Shown here piece after piece: positions 11,511 through 24,320 of a stretch of 38,378 nucleotides of DNA (within the stretch, counting starts at the first letter, position 1; each line of letters starts with the position of its first letter). The notes below the pieces were generated by a model. That model worked only from the letters and a program-made list of their open reading frames with translations. It was not told the origin of the DNA and made no database searches. The DNA comes from Chiloscyllium plagiosum (taxonomy: Eukaryota), in the NCBI RefSeq assembly GCF_004010195.1, contig NW_025214968.1, forward strand, positions 1-38,378. The letters are read 5' to 3'. The position numbers were made by a program, and so were the translations under genes.

Positions 11511-13344
11511 TAGTTGGAAATTTGACATCCTCTTTTCATGCAATACCGACAACACAGGAAATATATTTCCAGCAGGGATCAAATATTGTCATCTTTCTTC
11601 TAAATTTATCTGAATTGTTTCCACACAGAGAGGCACACTGCCAACCCAATGGCCTTTCTGTTTGTTACTGCACTTCCGACTTACTCAACATTGTGATGAT
11701 CACCATAAACAGCAGCAATGCTCTCCAGTGACCAGAGTTAGGGTTTAGATCCAAAGATTTCAGGAGTTTAGAAATTTATCCAATTAGCGATGCTGAAATA
11801 AACAATGACTAGCAATGCTTCGTCAGCAACTGAGTACCGAAAGCATGTTCTTTTTTTAAAGTCTTGCATTCACCATCTTAAAATTCGGCTTTATCCTGTT
11901 CCCCTATCTCCATGGCGGCAACATCACGAAATTCAGTCATCTAGAATATCCAGCAGGAATTCTACTTTTCCCCAATTCCAGAATATAAGGATTTATGATG
12001 GATCGAAAGAAACGATTGAATATGTAACTGGCGGCAAACCACTTGTCAGAACAAAAGAAGGAGACCATGCGGTCCAAGTGCCGTTGGGAACCTCTTTGTA
12101 CAAACTGCTGAATTTGTTCCATTACCTTTCCCTATTACCCCAACATTGTCGTTGTCAATATCTTTTACCCACGGTCTTCTGCACTGGGGACAGGATGGTG
12201 ATGAACACGTATTGTACTTTTTTGGAGAAAATGATTAGGAGTTTACTGAACTTGCCCCGTTAATGATGTTCATTAATTATATATTTTGTTCCTCTCCCAA
12301 GCTGAAAAAGGAATTCAAACGTATGTCCAATTTTAATTAAGTTAAAATTTCTTCCAAAGTAAGATAACTTTGGTTGATGTTTAGTTTCCTGCGAGTTCTT
12401 TACCATGCTACTGCTGAAAATTCTAAACAGCTCGAATTGTTTGCTTTGGTTCTCGGGATAATTTCATTTCTACTTTCAGGCAGTCAGACAACACCGGCCA
12501 TCTGTCAATGTGTTAACAGATGGTCACTCACTCTGATTCATTGAATCCCTGCTACACAACGTTTCTTATCCCTTGTAACTGATTGTTTTAACTCCTTAGG
12601 ATGCGTGTGCAATATCGCGATCATTCAATGTTAAATCTTTATTACTTGTATATTTTTATTGTACTTAGTGGTAGAAATCGAACATCAAAAATCGAAAACA
12701 GTACATTGAAGTCTGATGCGTTCACAGGGATATTGCCCTCATTCATCCAAAAAAAAACCTTCAGACATTGCCCTTTCTGAGCCTACATTTTATCAAAATA
12801 ACTTGAACCACTCCTCATATTTACGTTTCTATAATTGATATATTCGTTAGAAATTGAATCTGTTCCTTTGTACACTGTTACGTACATGTCAAAATACTCA
12901 AACATGCAAGAGCTGTGTTGGTTTAGTGGAACGAAGGAGATATATACAACTCTGAAAATCTTTTGAAGCACTGAATCAGGTTGTACAAGACAGGCTGTTA
13001 CATTTAATGTGAAACATTTGATGTTCCTCACTAACAGGACAGTTTTGGAAAACAACAAATCCACGTCAGACCAGTGGCATCATAATGAACACCCTAACGT
13101 ATGGGAGAACAGATGCAAACTCAGGCTGCAGAAGCACCAGTGGTTGCGATTTGAGACAGTGTGTAATTATGGAATAACTTTGGTAGATTTGTAACTGCTA
13201 TGGCCCTTTGAACTACTTTTGCAAAATTTAATGTCTACGCTATATTTCTCTTGCAACATTGTGGAAGACTTAATTTTTGACGTGGAATAAGGTGAGAGTC
13301 AATGCAATGACAGTATCCTGCACATTTCACTCCGATATAAGAGC

Positions 13345-13830
13345 ACAAAAACATAAGAAATCGAAGCAGGAGTAAGGAACTTGCCACCTCAGTGCTGCTC
13401 CACTTTCAATGATATCATAGCTGATCTTTTCCTGGATTCGGTTACACTTTCCCGTCTGTTCAACACAACCCTTAATTCCTGTACTGTGCAAAACTTCATA
13501 TATCTTTGACTTAACCACATCCTACAATTCAGCCTCAACTGCTTCACGGGACAGGGAATTCCTCAGAATCGCAATATAATGGATGTGTTAGTTCCCCCCT
13601 CCCCCCCCCCCCCCCCACACTACCCCCTCAATGGGAACAACCTCCATGTTTCAGTCATATCTATTTCCTTCACAATTTTATGTTTTTCTATAAGACTCCC
13701 TCCTAATTCTTCTAAATTCCATTAAGTGCAATTCTGGTCTTCTCCTCATAAGCAAACCCGCTCATCTCCGGAATCAATGCTATGAACACTCTCCCCTCAT
13801 TCCCCAGTGCTAGTACACTATTTCACCAAC
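13345..13830 (-). mobile_element. CR1 3' fragment interrupted by a poly-C tract
   Basis: acataagaaatcgaagcaggagtagg-like tail, gctgctccactttcaatgatatcatagctgatc; poly-C at about 13594-13616. Confidence 0.75.
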
Positions 13831-15479
13831 ACAGATTGCTAAATACTTCAAGCTGAAACGCGATATCTAGCAAGATGGCAAGTTGATTTCCAATCTGTTT
13901 CAAATGCACATGAGGGACATGAACATTGTTTTTGAACTTGTTTTTAGCATTTATTTAGATTTTTAAAAAAATCTCAAGTTGACTGAAATATCGTAATTCA
14001 ATTAAATGTAAAACGAGGTGGGATATCTAAAGAAATAAAAGTATTGACACGAACAAAAATGCGGCATTTTTGTGATGATTGAATGAGAATTGACACCGAA
14101 CAGATATTAATTACTAAACTTAGAAACTAAACAATCTGTACAACTCCCATTTGATATGATTTCGCTCATTGATGGCATAAAGGAATCGATTAATTTTTGC
14201 GTTATACCCGAGTGGCAGAATTAAGTTGAGAATAAAGAATTCAAGTCTCAGTAAAAGAGAAAACTTTGAATTGAAAAATGTTGCCTGAAAGTACTTCTCC
14301 CAAATATTTGTTCTTGATAAATAAAGAATTGTAAAAATAACAACAGTGGATTTAGAAATCAGGTATTCATTACTTTGGGACGAGGTGAATTTTGAACTCG
14401 TTTATGTAACTTCAACCGGTCATATTCCATGTGCTTCCCTAATTGTTCAATATACAAGCTCGGACTGTGAAAGAATGTTCGCTACTTACATTGCTGCATT
14501 AAACTACACCATACTTTGTAAGGCTCGCGGCACCCGTCGCAAATCAACTACACGTATAACCTTTAGATTCGCTTAACAATTTAAAGCATTCATCACCAAT
14601 GTTCCGTTTTGAACTGGAACCATCAACGTTAACTGCAACAACTCAACTAAGATCAAGTGGATCATGAACTTAGATCAACACAGCAAAGTTGGGATTTTCA
14701 GTAATGCTGGCCGAACCATATTTTTGTTAAAAAAATAGAAAAAGAGTCATAGGTTTAATTTCCTAAGTTTAAGCGTCCTCGAACACATTCATCACTCAAG
14801 AACAAATTAGGCAAAGGGTTCATTCTGGATATTTCAGTTCTTGGCAAGATGAAAATTATGGCGTGAACAGCATTTACCTAGACATGTCATTTCTGTATCG
14901 ATCTCGAATACAGGGCACACGACTTCAAGTAACGTAGGTCTGCGAATACTATCACACCATGGTTATACAGAATATAGGCATAATCTGAGAGAATTGTCCA
15001 TGTGTGCATGAGGTCAATCAACAGTAGACACAGCATTGATGGTTGTTTTACTGACACTAAGTTTACTGTTTACCACAGAATCCAGTGCACACAAATGTAA
15101 CAGACAACCATTCCAGCTGTTCAGATTTTCTTGAGAAGACTGAAAGTTGCTTCGTTCTTTGTTTGCCTGAAGTGATGACACTGGGATCTATAAAAGTCAA
15201 AAGTAGACAAGACGCGTAAAGTGCCTCGATATTTCTGTTCAGATCTTCTCTAAAACTAAGTTTGGCATAACTCTCACCAGAGATTTGGCAACATGTTTAT
15301 AATAAATTAAAATCTTCGCAGATCTCACTGCCAGCAAAATGATGTCATGTTCAACCTCGCCTTAATATGCAGCAGTCTTGCCCCTGACAGAGAAAGCGAA
15401 TTGCTCAAACACATTTTCACCGGTTAGAGCATAAAACCAACATTGAATGAACAGTACTATCCTGAGAATAGCTGGAACA

Positions 15480-16530
15480 CCTATCTGTGCCTCCTCAAGG
15501 CTCTGCGGGAAAATAAGACAGGTGTACCAATCGGGTTGTTCTCTGAGCAAACTCTTCAAGTCATTTGGCAGAAAGCATATTCGCGATCACTTTCTAACGA
15601 GCACGAAGACATCGCTTGGCTGGTGGTGAGAAGGGCACTACCTGTGAGATCACTCATGTACAACTGGCCAGTGTGCAGCAACCCTCGTTGCTTTCTCATG
15701 GAGACTTTCAAACATATCCTTGTGGAATGGTCCTTTGCAATTGATGTTCGGAGAAAGATGCAGTAGTTTCTGTCGTGGTTCATCTCAAGCAGCTCGGGGA
15801 CTCAGGACTCAGTGCTATACGGTCGGTTCCCCGTCACACACAGCGAGACAAACATTGACTGCACCTGGAGCACCACCAACTCGCTGAAAAATACTCTTTG
15901 GTTTCCACGATACTTGGTCGTCTTCCAGATCCAGCAGTTGACCCCGACCGAGTGTTTCAGATTGACACTTTCCAAGGTCCTGTGCTCTGTGCTGAGGGAT
16001 GCATTAAACCTTCCGGCAGCTACCGCCAATGCACAATGGCGTTGGGCAACTGTCTGAGGTGTTCCTGCTGAATGTAAATTTCAGGTCCATTCAATTCTCG
16101 GACCATTCCGATCTTTCATATATATATAAATACAGTCAAGTCCAAGTAAGTGATGCCTTTCGTGTGTTTGTTGAATACAGTCAAACTCCAGTGTTTGCTT
16201 TTTCCGTCATACAGTGCTGTATACAAGTAGGAGCAAGTCAGGACTGCAGATGTTGGAGATCAGAGTTAAAAAGGGTGGTGTTGGAAAAGCACAGCGAACC
16301 CAGCAGCATAGGAGTAGCAGGACAGTCGACGCTTGGAAAATAAGATTTTTTTTCTGTTGAAGAGTTTATGGTCAAACCGTCGACTGACTTGCTCCTCGTA
16401 TGCTGCCTGACCTGCTGTGCTTTTCCAGCACCACACTTTCTTACTACTGTACAGAAGTGACCCGTTCCAAGGACTATGCATGTATGTAGAGGTATTTTAT
16501 GAATAACGTTTTCTTTTTTCGAAAATAAAA
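15480..16530 (+). mobile_element. Tx1-clade LINE ORF2 C-terminal fragment with 3' UTR
   Basis: LSNEHEDIAWLVVRRALPVRS…PRC…ETFKHILVEW (decayed zf-RVT-like region), VLYGRFP, LWFPRYLVVFQ; interrupted by a Penelope palindrome. Confidence 0.8.
16236..16445. mobile_element. Head-to-head inverted pair of Penelope-like termini
   Basis: gtggtgttggaaaagcacagc… is the reverse complement of …gctgtgcttttccagcaccac (16274-16434). Confidence 0.8.
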
Positions 16531-17438
16531 GTCATACGGTAAAGACTGAACTTTTAACCACTGTCTGGTACAGAAAGAGGAGCTATTGATATTGAACTGG
16601 GCAGTGACAATCATTCGATCAAATTCAGTGAATAAGAAACTGGCTGAAAAAAAACGTCAAAGGACAGTGGATGCTGGAAATCAGAAACAAAAGAGAAATT
16701 TCTGGAATAACTTAGCAGATCTCGCAACATTTTTGGACAGAAAGCAGTGTTATAGTTTTTCGTGAAGTTACCCTTCAATTATTCGCAGATGAACAGCTAA
16801 CTGGGTCCTTTATCACAGCAATCAGTCCAACAGTTCTCTCGGAACAAATTGCCTGTCATGATTCCAAAATTACAGGACTGTCTCAACCACAAAATGTATC
16901 AAGGTGGCACACAGCTCCTTTGTTTCACTAAGGATGTGAACGGCGCTGTATAAATGCATCACTATCGAGAAAGTGTTGCAATGTAAAGATAAGAAATACT
17001 GACTAAAATCAGTGGCACATCAAGTTTCTAGAAATTCTAAATAATCAGCTTCTCTTTTACATTCTCCCAAATATTGACAAATAAATTAGTTAGATAGTGT
17101 TCAGCAGTTTTCCCGGCTACACACACCGTTAAACCAGCGACAGACACAGTTTCCAACACACCCGAATTGTGTGAGTAGGTCTTCAACACAGTGAGCTGAA
17201 CAGAAGCTACGAATACATGCAAGGATTGGAAGTTTAAGGGAGGAAGGGAGGGTTGAGGTTGGGAAGCTCTGACACCACAGAAACAGTCACAGAAAAATGA
17301 AGACAAAATACTTTTTATTCCATAACATGTCAATATTCTATCTCGCACAGACTGACCATGATATTGTTGCCACATCTATGTCACTAATTATTGGCCCATG
17401 AATGGTTAAGAGAATGTATTCAGTAAACCATAACTCAC

Positions 17439-17484
17439 AGTTCAATAGCTGCAGAAGAAGTAAGTTCAGGAGGGTTACAAACAT
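17439..17484 (-). CDS. Gene A coding exon 1, signal peptide (MFVTLLNLLLLQLLN)
   Basis: ATG in ACGATG context (A at -3), Leu-rich hydrophobic core, then a perfect GTGAGT donor at phase 1; 46 nt. Confidence 0.8.
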
Positions 17485-17499
17485 CGTCCCAGCTGGTGG

Positions 17500-17720
17500 T
17501 ACCAGATCAAATCTGAACATTAGCTGAGTGCTGTTTCACAGATAAGGAGCAGTAGTTAATGTATCAAATAACTCCTCGATTTCTGTCAGTGTTAGTTCAT
17601 TCACACGGCTTGAACAGAGGCCCGTGTTTCTTTCCAACAACCAATAGATTGTGATGTGTGCGGACTGTGAACTGAGCACTGTCTTCTACACCAATGAGAA
17701 GTGACGTGACCATTAATGGG
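17500..17720 (-). promoter_or_regulatory. Putative proximal promoter of gene A
   Basis: Immediately upstream of the ATG exon; two CCAAT-N5-GTGAYGTG units (17641, 17691) and AGATAAG near 17540; no clear TATA box. Confidence 0.35.
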
Positions 17721-17759
17721 CACAAAGACACCGGGTTCCAAAAACCAGCTCATCTTGAG

Positions 17760-18335
17760 AGATCAATGACGCTAAAGATTTTGACTTGGAAGCGAGTCCT
17801 CACTCCGGAATCCATATCATATAATCACACTACCACAGGAGGTTATTGGTTGCGGATTCATTGAAGACGCTGTGCAACTCAACATCTCCTCGAGCAGCTG
17901 CAGAAACAGCTCAATTTCCACATCTGCACTGTTCACTCTTCAGGATTCAAAATGGAGTCCAACAACTTCAGAGCAGAAAATCTATCCTTTCTCTGGATTA
18001 CAAGTCACCCCTTTCCTCCTTTGTCTATCCGTCTCCTATCAGCATTGGTCTCAGCAGAGCAGACCAACATTCACCTCGTCGCCCCCAATCAACAGAACCT
18101 ATTCTGAGTCGTAATTCTGTCCTTTACTATAATTAGCGGCCTGTTGTCTTATTCTCTGAGCACGCTGACCATCTGTTCCAGTCTCTCCTCCTCACCCTCT
18201 GTCCTCAGTGTGGAGAACTGTCATTCTCCAGAACAGTCACATTGTATTCAAACTATTACCTCGCTTTTCGGGCCCACAGATGTTGCCCGACTTGGGGTCT
18301 TCTTCAAATGTTTGCCTTTGTTTTTAGTTTCACTT
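17760..18335 (+). mobile_element. Penelope-like element 3' remnant (GIY-YIG C-terminus plus terminal repeat)
   Basis: Frame EQLQKQLNFHICTVHSSGFKMESNNFR resembles the PLE C-terminal 'EQHLIFRLGTLQPxGLNIEFNNF'; then a pyrimidine-rich tract and cacagatgttgcccgacttg. Confidence 0.6.
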
Positions 18336-18771
18336 TTCCATGATACAAAAAGTGTTAATCATTGAACCAACTTTTAAAAAAATCTTAAGTAGCTCCCCAA
18401 GGATCTTATTGTATTCTAATCACAGATCTTGATTTCTATTTGTCTTCTGACAAACTGCTTCATTCATCTTTCTCAGAATAACTACCAAAATTTAACTAAT
18501 CATTATCATTTGGTCGAATTTGTTCAGCAATTTATTTGCGAGAGAGGAAATGTTTGTATTCCCTTTTTTCCTCTGAAACTTCTGCTCAAATTTCAAATTA
18601 CGTTGATTTTCCTCCTGTCATTGTCAGCTCCTATGGGACGGATACAGTGGAATACAGCAACATTGCAAAATCTTTCAAATTTGCCAAATATCAGATTTCC
18701 TCTTGATACGCCTCACTTCTCAAACGTGCGGGGCCTCACATCATGGCAATTGTGACTTTGAATCTACAGAG

Positions 18772-18968
18772 TGCAGAACATAGAATAATACAGCGTAATG
18801 CAGGCCCTTCTGCCCTAGATGTTGCGCTGATCTGTGGAAAAGTATCTATGCTACAGTATTTCATTTTCATGCATATGTTCACCCAATGACCATTTCAGTG
18901 CCCAAAATGTTGACGAGTGTACTACTGTTGCATGCAGTGCGCTCCACGCCCTTACTACTCTGTGAGTA
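18772..18968 (-). mobile_element. CR1 3' end fragment
   Basis: agaacatagaataatacagcg…caggcccttc tail; THRVVRAWSAL; same subfamily as 35329-35741. Confidence 0.82.
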
Positions 18969-19014
18969 CTCATAGTGTACATCAATGTATACAGATTGGT
19001 CAATTCATTGGAGA

Positions 19015-19150
19015 CGATGTGGACTGCAGATTTTGGAGAACAGAGTCGAAACGTGTGGTGCTGGAACAGCACAGGTGGTCAGGCAGCATTCGAGATGTAG
19101 AAGAATTGACATTTTGGACGTCAGGCCTTCTTTGGGAATGTGGCGGGGGG
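19015..19150 (-). mobile_element. Penelope-like terminal fragment
   Basis: ggactgcagattttggaga…gtggtgctggaacagcacaggtggtcaggcagcattcgag. Confidence 0.75.
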
Positions 19151-19384
19151 CCTGGTCAACTGAATTTATTGGGACTAAATGAAATGGCAATAGATTCAAT
19201 CCATGATTCGATCTATCACAATGCAAATGTTTGCACATTCTGAAAATAAAACACAAATCTGGCAGATTAGGGATGCAAAATGTGAACTAACCATTCTAAA
19301 TTTGAGGAAGGGAGAAACCCCGATGTACAGGTTGGCATGATTAAGGTCGTACTTGGGACATGACAGTGTCTACCATAAGCAGTG

Positions 19385-20460
19385 TAATAAAAGGCATCAA
19401 TTGGGATCAGGCAAAATTGTCATGATGCATGGGATGGAAATTGTGTTTGAGAACGCTACAATTTTTGAGTGGGTAACTATTATATGAAAATTGGATAACT
19501 TGGTCCACGTTGTGTTCACGGATTTTGGAAGACCTATGTAAAGATCCAACATAATAGACTTGCGTTCAAAATTGAAGCACAAGCTATTGGAGGAAATACA
19601 CTCGCTAGGACGGAGAATTGGTTCATAGGTAGGAAAAAGAGCGCATACTCAGTGAAAGGAGTTGACCAATGTAGCATATGGAAAATCGACGGTGAGAGCT
19701 GAGCCATTCACAGCACACTTCAGCTATTTTGGCTGAGAGTGATCAAAGGTGACATTGCAAGGTTTGATGATGAGAAGACGCTTCAGTGCATACAGGATGA
19801 GTTGGTCCAGTGAGCAAATACATGAAAGATGCAGTCAAATTTGAATCAGTGTAAGGTAAATGACATTGAACAGAAAATTGGAGAGAACAGAACACCAGAC
19901 TTAAGCATTCATTTAACATTCCGTTAGTGATGACGAACCAAGAGAGGTGGATGACCTGATACACCCGTAACTGGAAGCAAGGAAACAAGTACAAGACAGA
20001 AAGGTAAGTGCTGATTTGACCTTCTTTGAAGAAGATGTTCAGTCCAAGAGTAAAGGCATCTTTTCACAGTGCTTGCACAAGACGTTGCAGAGACCCTTGA
20101 GTTATTGTGTGCTGTTGAGAACGCCTTGCCTCAGGTACAGTGCATTGCGTTGGAATGGCTGCAGTGAAATCTGCCAGATTGATTTCTAGCAGTGCAGATG
20201 TGTCCTGTAAGGAAACATTGGATTTATTGGGTCCATATTCCTCGGTGAGGATCTCATTGAAAAGTAAATAATTCTATCGGCCTTGAAACACACGATGTAG
20301 GTTTGATGTTTAATCTGGTTTAGAGTATCCAGGAAAAAGGGGTCATGATCTTGGGATATGGGTGCGCCATTTCGATAAGAGTGGCAGAGATTTCGTCACT
20401 CACAGGGTGAAGTGAGAGTGGAATTCTCAAAAAGATTGGGATGTCATTCACAGTTCTCCT
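19385..20460 (+). mobile_element. Old decayed CR1 RT fragment
   Basis: Residual IGIRQNCHDA, FFEWV, VHVVFTDF motifs and 3' region similarity; many stops. Confidence 0.6.
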
Positions 20461-20707
20461 GCCAGCGTGAAGTCTATAGAATTTAATGGGAAATGTGGCC
20501 CCAGTCATTCGGGCTCATTTCGTCTGGATGGGGTCCAGCTTTTTGAATTTTATTGGAGCTGCAACCAGTCCAGTATTTGGTGAGTATTCCATCACTGTGA
20601 TTCTCTCTCCACAGATGCAGAGAAATATGCTGATCTTTGCAGTATTCTGGTGTTTGCTAAAGAGCTGAGTGGCTTTGGTGGAACTCAGACTGGCTATGCA
20701 GTTCCTG

Positions 20708-20921
20708 TTTGATTAGATTACTTACAGTGTGGATACAGGCCCATCGGCCCAACCGACACGCCGAAGTGCAACACACCCAGACCCTTTCCGCTACATTTAC
20801 CCCTGCACCGAACACTACAGACAACTTAGCATGGCTAATTCACCTGACCTGCACATTTTTGGACTGTGGGAGGAAGCCGAAGCTGTGAGGCAACAGTGCT
20901 AACCACTGTGCCACCGTGCCG
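20708..20921 (-). mobile_element. HE1-like SINE with internal deletion
   Basis: Head ggcacggtggcacagtggttagcactgttgcctcacagc joined directly to the 3' part; most of the V-domain is missing; attag tail repeats. Confidence 0.85.
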
Positions 20922-21995
20922 CTCATAAATGATGGCCCGTTCAATCACATTCCTGCTGACAGAGAGAATGCGGTTTCGACAATACTTGGCCTGGTTGGAT
21001 TTGTCATGTGGTTTACATAGGAACACATGCGGTCCATTTTCCGCACTGGTTGTGGACTTTACAACTACTGAGACATTGAAATAACGGTCAACGTGTCCAA
21101 TTACCCTCTCACAGTTGACCACTTCTTATGGAAACGTAGATCACACAGTGCGTGAGACAAAATTGATTTGATCACAGAAGACAAAGAAAGTTGTGGAAGT
21201 GTGATTTTTCTCTCCCTGAAAGTCTGTGACCTGTGACGTTATGAAGTGTGAGTGTTGGGAGCACGACTGTTTGTAAGATACGTAAGTGTTTTGGAAAAAA
21301 AATGTAGGTGCTCTGATCAGTGACTTCCTGAATGTCACACTTATCATTAATACCGATTTAGAATCCACGTCGATCCTTCACAAATATAAGACCTGTCTCT
21401 GTCTTTTTCTCTGCTTCCCCCCCACATCTCTTTCACTCGAGCATCTCAGGTGAACTGCACATAAGCCAGCATTATCCGGCCCTCTCCAGATCTGAATAAC
21501 AGTGAATGGAATCTAAACATTGAAATCATATTTGTCCCAAATTTCTGCTGTGGTTTCTGTTCTGAATTCAAATCGCCAAGCTCGTCAGAAATTTGAATGT
21601 GTTACCATGGTTACGGAACTGCATTCATTTAGCGTATTTGGCTAGGTTTAGTCGCATTATCAATAATTACCAGTTGAACTTGTGCTGTTTTGCCCTATTT
21701 GTCTACATGGCAGCGCCTGAAACATGTCTCAGAGGGCTGCTGCACAATGTCACATTAAAAGTTGTTGTGTTACGATAGAAGGCAATCTGAAGAAATTTGA
21801 TCATTCAGGGAGAAGCAAAATACACAGACACACATACGGTTTTCAGGACACTCCCAAGCAATGACCTGCAACAAGCAGCCATGAAATGCTGTTGGAAGAC
21901 ACGCAAAAGCATGTTTTACAGCAGATCATAATTTGAAATTTGGCAAGATTCATGTATGAAAATGTAGCTACTCAGTCTGCAGAACCACAGAACAG

Positions 21996-22084
21996 TCAGT
22001 GCGCGTCTTGCCCTTCTGTCGAATCAACAGGAAACACCTGGAACCGTGGTAAATTCTGTGCTGAAGCGTTGTAGCCAGGTTCTT
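21996..22084 (-). CDS. Gene B alternative candidate terminal exon (EPGYNASAQNLPRFQVFPVDSTEGQDAH*)
   Basis: Phase-1 acceptor tgttttaattttaaAG, open to TGA, lies in non-repetitive sequence; no other support. Confidence 0.3.
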
Positions 22085-22519
22085 CTTTAAAATTAAAACA
22101 CTCAGATGGAGAACGCAGTAAATTCGGAATGAGAATTGAGGCTCCAAATAATCCCATTGAGTATATCATCAGGGCAAACTCATCTCAGCACCACGCTCAC
22201 AGCAACAGGGAATCTGTAAATATGTCAAGACCTTAAATTTTAAATCGTGATGCATCTTTCCATTAATCCTGGCACAATAACAGAAATGCCTAAGAGAAAA
22301 TTTTCAGCATGTCAGAACAAACGAATTTGAAGTCCATTTAGTTAGAAGAAACGTGCACCAAAATCGAAGAATTACATTGTGCATTTGGCGAAAATCTCTT
22401 TATCTGACAATTGCTGAAACACAGTGGCGTTGCAACGTGAAATGACGCTGTTCAACCAATCGTGTCTGTACTAGCTCTTCAAATTACCATGATCAACCCT
22501 TGCCAGTATCCGGCTTGAA

Positions 22520-22810
22520 ACAGCCCCTCCCTCTTCCGATCTCTGTATACTCTTCCAGCCCCCTCAAACCTCCCTATCTCTCTAACCCCCTCCAGCCCCT
22601 AGACCCACCTCTCTATCTGTTTACCCGCCACCGGCCTCTAGCCCCCTCCAGCCCTCACACGCCCTCCTTATGTCTGTAACCTTCTCTCGCCCCTCCACCT
22701 CATTATCTCTGTCACCCCTCCAATGCCCTACATCCGCTCCCTATCTCTATAAACCAATCCAGACCCTGTGCCCCCTCCTAACTAGGAACGTGCTGCAGCC
22801 TCTACACTCC
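22520..22810 (+). repeat. C/T-rich minisatellite (~33-45 bp unit, ccctcc-tatctctgtaacc-cctccagccc)
   Basis: About 7 degenerate tandem units visible. Confidence 0.75.
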
Positions 22811-22989
22811 GGTGTAGAGGGAGCCTTATTCTGCCTCTCATCCCGTGCTGGGATGGTGAGCAGGGTTATGTTTACTCGATGAGCAGAGGCTGGAGTTTCT
22901 GTTCCAAGAGGAGCTATGCCTATCTGGAGTTCCCCGTTCAAAACCTCAATAATGTGGAAGAAAGACACACTGTGGGTGGAATATGTTGC

Positions 22990-23880
22990 CCATTAATTCC
23001 AGGCAATGCCCAAGTCCAACAAGAGAGAATCGAACCATCACCACGCACAACACCCCCTCCGAGGTTCTATGGTGTTACCATCACTGAATTCCACACCCCT
23101 CCCATTATCAACCTCCTTGGGGTTACCATTGAGAGAGATGATAACCATCACCCCGTGACGTTCATTGGTGTGACCATGACAGAATCCCTCCCCCACCCCC
23201 ACCGCACTATCAACATCCTGGAGGTTACCATTGACCAGAAACTGACCCGGACCCAGCCCTATACAAACACAGCAGCGACAAGAGCAGGTCAGAGGCTGGG
23301 AATTCCACAGTGAGTAACTCCACTCCTGACTCCTTTCCCTGAAGCCTGTCCCACCATCGACTAGGCACAAGTCAGGACGGTGAGGGAATACTCCCCATAT
23401 GCCCTGGACGTGGACAGTTCTGACAACATTCGAGAAGCTCGACACCGCCCAGGGACAAAGCATCTCCCCACTCGATTGGCCCCACACCCACAAACAACTT
23501 CTCCCTCTCACCTCCCTGCACCCACCGACGCTCAGTAGCAGCAGTGTGTACCATCGAATTGATGCACTACCCATTGAAACTCGATGAGGCTCCTCAGATA
23601 GCACCTTCTCAAAACCCACAGCCACTTCCATCTAAGAGGACAAGATGCAGCAGATACACGGGAATAACAGACCCTGCAAGTCCCTGTCCGACCCCAACTC
23701 CAAAATGTATTGGCTAATCCTTCAGCGTCACTGGGTCAGTATCCTGGAATGCCTTACTTGCGAAACAATGTGGGTCTACCTGCAGTAGTGCAAGAACCAG
23801 CTCACTACCCGCTTCTCCAGGGAGGCAACTAGGAATGGGAGCGATCCATGCTGGATCCAGCCAGCGAAACCCACGTCAAT
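22990..23880 (+). mobile_element. L2/CR1-clade LINE 3' fragment
   Basis: INILEVTIDQKL…AATRAGQRLGI, aggcacaagtcagga, FEKLDTAQ; related minus-strand remnants at about 10665-11030 and 20520-20600. Confidence 0.8.
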
Positions 23881-24194
23881 CAACTCCGCCCGTCCAACTC
23901 CCAGCCCACCCATCCCTGTTCCCCCACCTCCCATCTCAAATCCCCTTGGCAACCTCGTGACACACTGATCCCTCTACATTTATTCATTAATATTCACATT
24001 CCAGGCCTCAGTCTCTCAAAAATCATCCAATATATTTGTACACCTGTCTTCATTTCAACCTCAGCCCCCATCCACAACCTTTCATTGGCCTCTGTCCCAG
24101 GGGCAACGTGCCAACAGCCTTTGTCCACTGCCCCAGAATTAATATTCAACATGTAAAACCCCTCTCGCCTGGCCGTCCCCATACCGAAAACGTC

Positions 24195-24320
24195 GGTGAA
24201 GAAAGGCTTATGCCTGAAACCTCGATTCTCCTGTTCCCTGGATGCTGCCTGACCTGTTGTGCTTTTCCAGCAACACATTTTCAGCTCTGATCTCCAGCAT
24301 CTACAGACCTCACTTTTTCC
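24195..24320 (+). mobile_element. Penelope-like terminus with hammerhead-like core
   Basis: tgaaga-a-AGGC-ttat-GCCT-gaaac…gatgctgcctgacctgttgtgcttttccagc…ctccagcatctacag. Confidence 0.78.

Noticed and set aside
11805..12263. 152-aa plus-strand ORF
   Set aside because: No recognisable domain; AT-rich intron, antisense to gene A; likely chance.
14878..14892. Possible 15-nt phase-1 microexon (tacAG|AAATGACATGTCTAG|GTAAAT)
   Set aside because: Poor pyrimidine tract; after exon 1 (ending in T) it creates TAA; the 33-nt exon fits better.
23038..23631. 197-aa minus-strand ORF
   Set aside because: Antisense of a LINE fragment.
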